Of a DNA stretch of 64,000 bases, positions 36,933 to 48,170 are shown piece by piece. The number at the start of each line of letters is the position of its first letter. Within the stretch, counting starts at the first letter, position 1. A program made the position numbers and the translations under genes. The notes beneath the pieces were generated by a model. It worked only from the letters and a program-made list of their open reading frames with translations. It had not been told where the DNA came from and searched no databases. The DNA is taken from positions 19,606,423 to 19,670,422 of the forward strand of contig JARDVH010000193.1 of assembly GCA_030324005.1 (NCBI GenBank), read 5' to 3'. The stretch is from Negaprion brevirostris (lineage: Eukaryota).

Positions 36933-36968
36933 CTCCCAAATAAACCTATTGGACTTTGACCTGGTGTT

Positions 36969-37291
36969 AATAAGAACATAAGAAATAGGAGCAGGAGTCG
37001 GCCATCTAACCCCTCGAGCCTGCCNNNNNNNNNNNNNNNNNNNNNNNNNNNNNNNNNNNNNNNNNNNNNNNNNNNNNNNNNNNNNNNNNNNNNNNNNNNN
37101 NNNNNNNNNNNNNNNNNNNNNNNNNNNNNNNNNNNNNNNNNNNNNNNNNNNNNNNNNNNNNNNNNNNNNNNNNNNNNNNNNNTTCCAAAGATTCACTACC
37201 CTCTGAGAGAAGAAGTTTCTCCTCAACTCTGTTCTAAATTGACTCCCCCTTATTTTGAGGCTGTGCCCTTTAGTTCTTGTTTCCTGTCTAA
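36969..37291 (-). mobile_element. Young CR1 3' end (spans a gap)
   Basis: RRNFFSQRVVNLW and 3' UTR aagaacataagaaataggagcaggagtcggccatc. Confidence 0.9.
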
Positions 37292-37689
37292 GTTGTGAGA
37301 CTACTTACTATCCCATGCCAGATTGTGTGCAATGCCAGTGGGCAAATACACTGGTGTGAAAAATGTTCAGAATAACATGGCATGCAGATGTGTGGACTCA
37401 GCTGAACAGTGCCTGGGACAGCCTGTGGAGTTCAGGATGGAGACTGATGGTAACCCTGGACCCCGGAACACTACAGCAGTGGGCCAGAGGAGCATCTATC
37501 GATGGACCTTCCAGGTTCAGTGCCCCAAACAGGTCCATCTCCCAGCCTCACAATGTTTCAGGAGACCCATCTTCCTTCTGAGAAGGTCCACCTTCCAGTT
37601 GCAAGTACTCCTGGAAGTCCATCTTCATTTTCAGGACATCTATGTTCTTTCTTCAATAGTGGGTCAATGACTGTAGATCATAAAAACCC

Positions 37690-37836
37690 AACAATAGAGA
37701 AGGAAGCCATTCAGCCATTCGAGTCTGCACTGACCACCCTGGCCCTATTCCTGTAAGCCCACACGTTTACCCTGCTAATATGTGGAGAAAGCGCAAACTC
37801 CACACAGACAGTGACCTAGGCAAGAATTGAACCCAG
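37690..37836 (-). mobile_element. HE1 SINE, internally deleted
   Basis: gaaggaagccattcagccattcgagtctgcactgacc...gcaaactccacacagacagtgacc. Confidence 0.8.
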
Positions 37837-38742
37837 NNNNNNNNNNNNNNNNNNNNNNNNNNNNNNNNNNNNNNNNNNNNNNNNNNNNNNNNNNNNNNNN
37901 NNNNNNNNNNNNNNNNNNNNNNNNNNNNNNNNNNNNNNNNNNNNNNNNNNNNNNNNNNNNNNNNNNNNNNNNNNNNNNNNNNNNNNNNNNNNNNNNNNNN
38001 NNNNNNNNNNNNNNNNNNNNNNNNNNNNNNNNNNNNNNNNNNNNNNNNNNNNNNNNNNNNNNNNNNNNNNNNNCCCACCACTGAATATTGCGTGAAATAC
38101 CCACGTGCAAAATATGTATATTTGAAGAATGATGCCGCTGACTTCTATCAGGTGCATCTGCTCAGAAGAAAGAGCAACTTAGGCACAGAACTCACACAAA
38201 ATCAATGAAATCAGCAACCAAGGAGGCCGCCTGTCTGTTCAGTTTCCACCAGGTCAGGCTTCAGTGATGTCAATAGGATATAATTTTAAAATAAGGCCAG
38301 TGTGGGGAAACTATGTAGCTTCCCCATTCGGCCAAACTTGGTGGCACGAAGATCTAGGACTGGAAGAGGCCCAGAAAGTCAAAAGCATTGTACTTTCTTT
38401 TGGTCCAATAGTGTTAGCCTCAAGCTGTTTGCACCTTTCCAATTATTACGTTGAGTTGTTGCATCACAATTGCTCATAACTCCCTATTTATTTGTTCAGG
38501 ATTCCATTTAATGACTATAATATTGAGTTATCAGACATGATGTTTGAAGCATTTCAACTACCTTTTACAGAATATCTTATCGGATATGTGGTTACAAATC
38601 TAGTGGATCTTGAAGAATTATTTTATGTTTCATGACTGCAATGTAATTCAGGTTTGATTTGATAAGTGGTAAGCTCATGGAAGACAACTCCAATTCCTTG
38701 GGCGTTATTGTTATGAATTTCCATATCCATTTTATTAGAGAA

Positions 38743-38915
38743 GCATAGAAAATAGGAGCAGGAGGAGGCCATTTGGCCCTTTGAACCTGCTCCACCATTC
38801 ATTATGATCATGGCTGATCACCCAACTCAATAGCCGAGCCCACCTCCCTCCATATCCTTAGATCCCCTTCATCTCACATGCTATGTCTAACAGCTTCTTA
38901 AAAATATACAACAAA
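38743..38915 (-). mobile_element. CR1 3' UTR
   Basis: catagaaaataggagcaggaggaggccatttggccc...atcatggctgatcacccaactcaatagcc. Confidence 0.85.
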
Positions 38916-39920
38916 TGACCTTACCAAAAAAATTCTAAGCCCCAAATCAGCGTGAAAATGGAAGAGTTTCAGACCCGCTTTTTTGGGTAATTCAAAAATC
39001 CAATCTTAAGATACTCTGAGCAAAAATATGAAGCAAGATCTGTTTCTCAGCAGTCAGGGGAGGAGGCAGGGCCTAAGCTCACAGGAAACTTGTCAGGTTA
39101 CACCAAAGAGTGCCATTGCGCATGTGCAGTTCTCTGTTCTGTGTAATAGTACAAAGAGAGAACTGTCGGACACTCAACCCTGCTATCGCTGGCCTCCCTC
39201 CCTTGCTATCACTGGCCTCTCCAGCTATCACTGGCCTCTCCCCAGCTATTGCTGGCCTCCCTTCCTCACTATTTCTGGCCTCCCCCCTCCTGATGATTGC
39301 TGGTCACCTATAATTGCCAACCTCCCACCCATCTGTAGTCACTGACCTTCTCCTTTGTGATCACTGGCCACCCACTTTGAGTACTGGCCTCATCCTTGCA
39401 ATCACTCATCTTCACACCCACGATTTCCCTCCAGCCCTAGCCTCGCTGGTCACCTCCCAATCCCGGCTGGCCAAATGCCCCAATTCCAGCCCACATGATC
39501 GATCACCGTGCCTTTGGTCGATTGCTGGTTCCAGAGTGCACAGCATTCACCCCCTCCCGATCCTGATTGCAGTAGGTAGTATTCCTCCCCAAATATCAGC
39601 TGCAAAGTACATAATCTCCTGCCCATGTTCCCTTATGCCCTGCCCCCTCAGCCTCTGCCCCCTTGCCACTGCCTGATGGGCACTGCCAGTGTGCCAAGCT
39701 GGTAGTGTCAGGGTGTCCAGTGGGCAGTGCCAGAGTGTCAGGCTGGCACTGCCACTGCCCAAGGAACACCCCCTGTCCTCAATCTCCTAGGGGGATCTCA
39801 ATGGCCACTACTCTCCTGAGAAGGCCATCATAGCAGGTCCCCATTGGTCATAAGCCTCGTTGGTAAGAACCTTCAATTGTGAGGCCACAAAAGCAAGTGA
39901 GCCCAGACGATTCGAACCCA
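38915..39920. mobile_element. Long non-autonomous DNA element with an internal ~20-bp degenerate tandem array
   Basis: Homologous start to 23791; repeats of ctatc(a/g)ctggcctc(c)n at about 39180-39420; ggcactgcc motifs. Confidence 0.55.
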
Positions 39921-40046
39921 CTGTTGTGGCAGAAAACATTTTCTACAAATGCTTTTTATTATTAACGGACTGAGCGAGATCCAACATTTTTGTAAGCATG
40001 CAGACCAGTTCCTATTAAACAGCAGGCTCCATAAAAAACATCTTAC

Positions 40047-40161
40047 CTCGATTTGGAGTTTTGAAGGAATAGTTTTTTAAAGAAAATAAATAGAAGGACT
40101 GCCCACTGTGAAGTATCGAAAATGGCTCCTTGCGAAAGCAAACTACAAAAGACTTAAGAAG
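40047..40161 (-). other. Candidate internal exon (115 bp), product unknown
   Basis: Acceptor tgtgttttattttcctgcag| and donor GAG|gtaaga on the minus strand; only phase 0 is open (LLKSFVVCFRKEPFSILHSGQSFYLFSLKNYSFKTPNR), which I do not recognise. Confidence 0.35.
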
Positions 40162-40631
40162 CTGCAGGAAAATAAAACACAATATAGAATAAAAAAGAAA
40201 AGTGACTCGCAGAATTTTGTTCCCAACATAAAACATTTCCAATATAGGTTTCTGACCTTGGGTGCAGTTTCTCAAAAACTGAAGCTTCCATCTCACAAAT
40301 TAAGGTCATTCTAAATTCATTGGCATTAAGTATTCCATTTATTTTTTTTTTGAACAGCAGACAATAATATTAACCATTTGAATTCCATTCTTGTTTTGTA
40401 TTTCAGGCCCCAGGATATAAATGTACTTTATAAGTTGTTTAAAGACCAACACTTTCATGGACACTTTTGTATTTATTTTGTAATTTTATTGCAATTCTTT
40501 TCCCACCCCACCTAACCCGATGATACTCTTCCCAGTTGGGAGGCTTTGACCTGCACTCATCTCCACAAGATCTGTTTCTTTAGTTGATCCACTCATAGAA
40601 TGAAAACAATAATTATTTTTTCAGGAGTGAT

Positions 40632-40918
40632 AGGGCAGCATGGTGGCACTGCTGCCTCACAGCGCCAGGGACGCGGGTTCGATTCCCGACTTGTGTCGCT
40701 GTCTGTGCGGAGACTGCACGTTTTCCCTGTGCCTGTGTGGATTTCCTCCGGGTGCTCCGGTTTCTTCCCACTGTCTGCAAAATGTGCTGCTTAGGTCATG
40801 CTAAATTCTCCCTCAGTGTAACTGAACAGGCACTGGAGTGCGGTATTAGGGGATTTTTACAGCAACTTCATTGTAATGTTAACGTGAGCTTACTTGTAAC
40901 ACTAATAAATAAACTTTA
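40632..40918 (+). mobile_element. V-SINE with Rex/Babar-like tail
   Basis: gggcagcatggtggcactgctgcctcacagcgccagggac...gagcttacttgtaacactaataaataaac. Confidence 0.88.
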
Positions 40919-41457
40919 AAATGTTCCCTTCCTTGGGACAACTTGGTTGAGACTGGGAAAATCGTCATCCCATTTATGGGACAGAAATTCAAATACTCCT
41001 GATTACGAGTCCTACATTCGAGTTACTAGGCTGCCACATTGCAAGTAAAAAACAGAGAAACTACATTTGCAAACCTGATATAAAGATAATGCGGTTTGAT
41101 TCTAATTGACAATTAATCATTTACAGTAATCTCAATGATCTTTATAAAAGGGTAAATTGTTCAAATTGTGCAGGAATTAGAATGTACTACCTATTGTGGA
41201 GTAATTTTGTGCAATGAAATATCTTTAGTTGACGACCTAGAAAAATCTCTGCCTGCCTATTGTTATCATGTAACAAATTGAGTTCTTTGAGAGATCCCTA
41301 AACTACACTTTAAGAGCTCCTTTTCAAGAAAGCACGCCAATCCTTTGGCACGGAAGAGCTCTGACTTCCCACTCAGCAGGCCCCGGTTCAAACGCTCGAC
41401 TCGTCTGCAATTCTCCACCAGTCCCCACAGTAGCCGAGCTTTTCCTGTGTTTGGCCA

Positions 41458-41475
41458 GGCCACCAGATGGAGCAG
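41458..41475 (+). promoter_or_regulatory. Candidate CTCF site
   Basis: GGCCACCAGATGGAGCAG versus core CCACCAGRKGGCGC (one mismatch). Confidence 0.35.
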
Positions 41476-44400
41476 TGTGTGGTTATCAGAAATTCTAAAT
41501 CTGGTCGGAACCCTGTCCCAAGCTGCAGAAGCACACCTCTCACTGGTGATCATGAAACTGCTTTTATGATGGACCCAGAGATGTCCCGGTTGAAGCTATC
41601 CAGTGGTCCAGGCTAAAGAAAGAAGAGTTGCAGTACAAGGAACAATTTTTTGGGGGGGATGGGGGGAGGTGGTCAGGGGGGAGGAACAGAGTGGGGCAAC
41701 AAAATCAATAAACCATTTTGAAGTTCAGTCTCAAAATGACAACATTTTCATACAAAATACAGATCAATGAAAAAGGTGACTTTAATATTGCTGTGGATCA
41801 TCTTTGAGGTATTTACTTCAAAAACAACTCCTAACTTCTTGACCAGGGCTGAGCAAAACAAAGATGAAAGTTTTTTTTAAAATCTAAGTGTATTTGTCAA
41901 CAAATATTACGTATATCATATATACAGGAATGAACTGTTTAAAAAAAAGGTTCTAACAATAAGAAATCTTCTAGCTTAAGGAACATCTATCTTATAATTT
42001 TAGGATGTCTTGGAAATGGCTGCCAAAATTAGCTTTAGTCCAAGAAATGAAGTATCGCTCAATATTATCGTGCATGGGTACAATCACAGCTACTGACATC
42101 TGGCTGATAGAGAAGAGTTGAAAAACTGTCTTCAGAATAAGTATTGAAATATTTTGATCGGTACAAAAATTTGCAGATTCCTGAGTACAAACTCTGAGGC
42201 TTATTTTTCACTTCTTCATTTGAGGCGGAAGAATTGTCTGATAGTCAATATTTGTGATGACCTCAAATTGTGTCTGTAGCAGTAAATGTCATCCTTTTGT
42301 TGTGATACTGAGCGGTGGCTCTCGTGGCAATGGTGATTTTAGAGAGCTGGTGATAAATTGATCTTACATTTTTATAATCATTGAGCCCCTACTGATTATT
42401 CTGTATGTAAATGTTGTCGCCACAATCCAGTTCAGTTTAGCAGTCACCCACCTCTCCAGGAGACGTTAAAATGGATTCTGTACTGTATTGTTTCCTGTTC
42501 TAGTCCTTTGAAGGGTTCTGTTTGGCGTTGCTTTGTTTTGTTCCTCGTAATTGCCTAAATGTTCTCTTTAGGTTTTAGGTCCAGATTTAATCGTAGCAAA
42601 CTTAGAATGCCTACTGTTTTCGATAAAGCACTGTTGTGTGCACCAGCCTTAGTGTTTCCGCAGTATAATAATGTGTCGCTGTTGGGGTACAGCATTGTGA
42701 CAGCCTAATGCAGACGCCCATCAACAGTTCCTGGTCAAGGCATCTATTGAAATGTAAATAAGCATCACCCCCATCAGAGCTACAATAATAATGGATGCGA
42801 GACAGCACTGTTCAAGACATGACCACCGTGGACATAGAATTATACTTCAAAGAGATTTAGAAAGTGATTCTGAAATGAAAAATCAATACATTTTTATGAT
42901 TTAATTTTCTCATCTATACTACAGGAAGAAAACCTATCTAAAAGTGTCTTGAGAAGTGATGAACAAACACCTTTTTTAATGACCACTATTCTGTTCTTTG
43001 ATGTAATAAATTGACGCAAAAATGATAATGCAAAAAAATTGTTTATCTCAAAGGCTCTATATTCTTGTGGCTTTAATTTTGTTTATCTCCATTTTCCTGG
43101 GATGACAGCGCAGGATTCTCTGCACAAATGAATGTGTATTGTAGCCTAAGGCTATATCAGCAAAAGCGAAAATGTGTGACCATGCATACCCAGGATGAAT
43201 GTTTGGTCATGTATTGTCAAAAATTAATGTACATTATCAGAGTGTGTAAAATAAGTCAAATGTTTTGAGGTTAAATCCTTTGCACAGGCTCCAAACCTCC
43301 TTCCTGTGTTTTTTTTCACAAGACGGATTTTGTGTGAAGAATAAATCAGTTTCTCCATAGAATAGCTTTTTAAGCTGTTTTTCATCACATTTTTGCTCTT
43401 TTTACTCTCCACCTGGTCTGAAATTCATATCTGCTCTGTTTTGAAATAATTTTTTGTAGAAGTTGTAAATCATAAGGTATCTTAAATTCACCTTAACATA
43501 GCTAGTGTGGGCTTCACTCTTAACCTATTCACTCTGAAGTAACTAACAAGCAGTGTTGATGCACAAAACATTCTTTCACTATACTTCCGAAATCCGGTAC
43601 CTCATTGATTTCTAATCAGCTAAGAGACTTGAATAAAATCTTGCATATATTTCTCTCTTGGGGTTCTGCGCATTTTTGAATCATATCAAAAGTGATCAGG
43701 ATAAACCCAACAAATGGCAGAATCTCAATATTGCAAATTGCACAATATTTAAACGTTCACTAGTTGAAGAAGCCAGTGCTGGATTGTTGAGTGAATTTAT
43801 TAAAAAGACAATAAAGTTGAACAACTCTAGCTAAACAATTACCTTTCAAGGAGAAAAAACCCTCTACACTGTCTAAATTTCGTCTTTAAATAATGGAATT
43901 TGTCTCCAAAAATGTAGATTCTTACATTATTGTAAACTTATTTGCTTAATTTTTATAAATCTTGCCTTTTAATTTGATTCTCCATCTTGTTAAAAAGCAA
44001 AAAGAACTGGATAAATGGATCTTTAATTGATGAAACTTTTTGTAGGGATACATATTTATTCCCCTGTTGAAGGTTTAGCAGCATGCAATCAGACAAGTCT
44101 GTCTACAGTGAAGTTTTTTGATTCAAGTGACTGTAGTATCACATTATCTAAATGCACTTTGGGCAGCTTGCATGTATGAATTATAAATTATGCGACATAT
44201 GAGACACAAAGTTGATAATTCGAGGCAATAAGATCAGTGAATATATGTATTATGTCTTCTACATTGTTCAAACTATCCAGTCGTACATGAGGTAAATACA
44301 TGACAATGTAGGAGACAGCAAACCGCAGTAATGCCCTTACCGGCAATGAGAGGTCAGTTCCTTGAAACATATCCGTAATTTCTAATGTCACTTGATAACA

Positions 44401-47400
44401 TGGGCAAAAAAAAATTCAAAATTAAGCAAAGAGGAATATAAGATAAAGAGCTGTCAAAATATTGAAAAGAATTGCAAAATTTCAAACATTTTGGAAGAGT
44501 TTTCAACATTGCAATTTCTGAAATGTCATGAAGGATAGAAATGTTCCTGGATCCTATTACTAAAATATTAATAAATGACAAAATTGTCTCCAAAGAGTTG
44601 GCAAATTTTGGAACTGCATTGCCTAAAATCCAAAATCTTTGCAAATGAGTTTAAAAGAATAGCTGACTTGTATAAGTTGCTTTCTTTTTCTCTCATTGAC
44701 TGAAGAAATTAAACTGCTTCATATATGTTACAGTTAAAAATGTAAATAGAAACAAATTGTATGGGCTCTTTGATGTACCCCTTTCATATATCTTGTTAGT
44801 CTATATGCTAGGTTAATGCAGTATTTCTGTATTCATAAATGATTTATCACCGAAGGTAGTAATCTTTTTAATTTTGGTTTTGCTTTTCAGATCTTACCTT
44901 TTCTGTTTGAGATATGGATTAAAATACAGGAAGAAGATCTTAAAATTCAGATTACATAGCTGAAATAAATATATCATAGTGTACCACAGACTTCTAAAGC
45001 AAATGTAAATTAATTTTGTTCCATTAAGCTGTATTATGGCACAAAACACTTAGGGAAAGAAACTATAATAGTGAAAGCATATATTGAAATGTGATAGTTC
45101 CTTTAATAACTTTCAGTTTTTGGTAACTAGTTTGAACATAATTTGTGACCGTCTAATGAAGTACAAGTGCACTTTTATTGGTTGCTAACTCTATCTTTGC
45201 TGTAATATATTTTTGATGACTAGGTTCCTACCATAAGAGGAATATCAGCTAATGTGAAGTTAAAACCACACAGCAAAAACCTACAGTCCTTATACAGAGT
45301 GCAAGCACTCATAAACATTTACAAATCCATTTAGTTAAACTTTCCAGGATAAGCTGCTGTTTGTGAAAAAGGCCTGCCAACTGAAAAAGGAGAAATGTAG
45401 GAACAATTTTGTTCTTTTTTTGCTTTTTACTGATCTGCAATAACTTGAAGGTTTTTAAACTGAGTTCTTAAAAGAACAATAAATTTATATATTAATGTAT
45501 GTTTAAATAATTTTGCTTCAATCATCACGTTGCTATTTTGCTAGAAAAATTGTTTTAAAGAGAGGCACAGGTTTCAAATATTGGTTTACTACAAATGCTA
45601 CAGGACAGTACTTTTCAAACAAAAAGAAAGGTGATATGTTCAGAATTGTGTTTAAATATTTAAGCAATTTTTGGCTCTCTATCAAACCAGAAAAATGGTG
45701 TGATTTCCAACGTATGGACCATAATCGTTCACAGTTTTATGTAAAAAAATGCAATCATTCCAGGACAGAAAATTAATATATCAAACTCCCCTTGGAGAAA
45801 ATCGCAGTGTATTCTCTGTTATCTCTTTTATATACATTTCAGTGGGATATATTCACTGGAAAAATAAAACAAATGAATTTTCTTTCTATTCCAAAGCATT
45901 ATTAAACAGAAACTAGCATTAGATTTTAACAGGCGTGTTTCAAAAGGCAAATCCTGCATCTTGTACTTTTGACAACATTTTATTCTTCTTTCCATAAGAC
46001 AATAGATCTTCATTGCATTTAAAAATTCTGAGCGATTAAATGATGAAAATAATACAATCAATAGTGTATATTTTCCTCATGAATCACCTTTTTTATGTTG
46101 AACTCTGAANNNNNNNNNNNNNNNNNNNNNNNNNNNNNNNNNNNNNNNNNNNNNNNNNNNNNNNNNNNNNNNNNNNNNNNNNNNNNNNNNNNNNNNNNNN
46201 NNNNNNNNNTTATGTTGAACTCTGAAGAAAGAATGTGTAACTAGAAGTGCCAATGAAAATTGACCAGGAAATTCTCACTTAGTAATAACCCACTCTTGCT
46301 GTCTCACCCTATAAAATTCAAACATCCCAGAAAATGATATGCTCTGTCACACAAAAATAAGAAATCTGCTGAATGCTGAAATATTAATTTGTTTGCCATT
46401 GTTTCCCCGACCTCTTTTGTGGGACATGTGGGATGGCATGTAAATATTTGACTGTTGCGGTAGCCTCCATAGAGCAGCTCAGTGACACCGGATTAATTTG
46501 TGTCTCATGCATTATGATGGGGTGCCAAATATTTAACAGCTGGTCTTGAGCCTGATTGAATCAAAATATTGTTTTTACAAGTTGATGAAAGCTTGATTGA
46601 TATGGTGCTGGTGACTCTTTGATGGATTAAATTGTGTATACAGATTACAGCACATATTCCATCAGCAGAAAATGTGATTCTCGGAGCTAAAAATGCTGCC
46701 ATATTTCTCAAATCTCCTGGAACAGATGCGGCCAGGATGTTCTCTCTCTCTCTCTATCCCTGTCTGTCTATCTCTACTTCTCGTTTTGAGTGTAAAGTGT
46801 GTCTTTATTGAAGAAATCATCAGGTTAGCAAAAGTCATATCGGCAGGGGGTGGAAAATAAATTTATTGTAGCATTTCTGCATCTTTCATTTCTTCAGAAT
46901 GATGACCAAAATGCAAAAATAACTAATACCCGTTCTTGTTAATAACTCTATAGAGGGAGGATTTGTACATTTTTTTTCAATGCATCATCTCAAGTGAAAG
47001 TGTAGTAATTTGAGGGAGTTTTTTGGCAATAAAATCTGCAGTAAATTGAATATTGATGTTGGGAATTCAAAAAAAATTAAGTTAATTAATTAAGATAAAT
47101 ATTAATAAAAATAATTAAGTCAATGGCTCAGTTAAGCCATCTCAGGAAATGTAGTAATTGCCTAAATGCTCAAAAACATCCACTCTTATATAGCAAGCAT
47201 GGATTTTTCCTTCCTATTGTTGAAAAGAGATGACGGTCTTTTAAAACTATAACCCCAAGAATATTGCGCTTGCGAAAAGATTACATTAGGAATGATATAT
47301 TTATTAACTGAATATGGGGCAATGGTTAAAGAAAAGATGTTGAAGAGAGAAATTCACAACATTTGACATTTGTACCTTTCAAAAATCAAAGCTTTTTTTC

Positions 47401-48096
47401 AGAAATTGCACTGAGAAGCTCTGTGAAGATATCATTGTAGGGTATGACACGAATCTTTACATTAATTCAATAAAGCGCTGTGCTTGCAGTTCTTCCTTGT
47501 CCCAGAGATTTTATTAACAGTGAGAGCTAATTTTAAGGAAAGAAAATGCACTAGATTTTTTGAGCAGATCTTTTCAAACCTGTTCAGCAAAAAAAGTAGC
47601 GACTAAAAAGTTTGTTTAACCCTAAAACATGCTTGTGTGCTGATGGTGTGAGTGGAACCTGAGTGGCAGTGTTCCACAGTAAAATAAATGACTACAATAG
47701 GTTTCAAGGATGTGCACANNNNNNNNNNNNNNNNNNNNNNNNNNNNNNNNNNNNNNNNNNNNNNNNNNNNNNNNNNNNNNNNNNNNNNNNNNNNNNNNNN
47801 NNNNNNNNNNNNNNNNNNNNNNNNNNNNNNNNNNNNNNNNNNNNNNNNNNNNNNNNNNNNNNNNNNNNNNNNNNNNNNNNNNNNNNNNNNNNNNNNNNNN
47901 NNNNNNNNNNNNNNNNNNNNNNNNNNNNNNNNNNNNNNNNNNNNNNNNNNNNNNNNNNNNNNNNNNNNNNNNNNNNNNNNNNNNNNNNNNNNNNNNNNNN
48001 NNNNNNNNNNNNNNNNNNNNNNNNNNNNNNNNNNNNNNNNNNNNNNNNNNNNNNNNNNNNNNNNNNNNNNNNNNNNNNNNNNNNNNNNNNNNNNNC

Positions 48097-48170
48097 TCGT
48101 GCTAGCTTTCTCCATCTGAGGAAAAAGGCTATCACTATCCACCCTGTCTAAACCTCTAATCATCTTATAT
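48097..48170 (-). mobile_element. CR1 fragment bordering a gap
   Basis: AYKMIRGLDRVDSDSLFPQMEKAST. Confidence 0.85.

Larger units (their letters stand above)
36836..37320. mobile_element. PLE-derived element split by a CR1 insertion (36969-37291)
   Basis: ggactggggtaggcacagtaagtagcctcaaaacaccag ... ctggtgtt|CR1|gttgtgagactacttact forms terminal inverted arms; homologous to 6476-6770. Confidence 0.7.

Noticed and set aside
41266-41553. 95-aa minus-strand ORF MITSERC...
   Set aside because: No recognisable domain, weak start context and not frame-compatible with the downstream candidate exon
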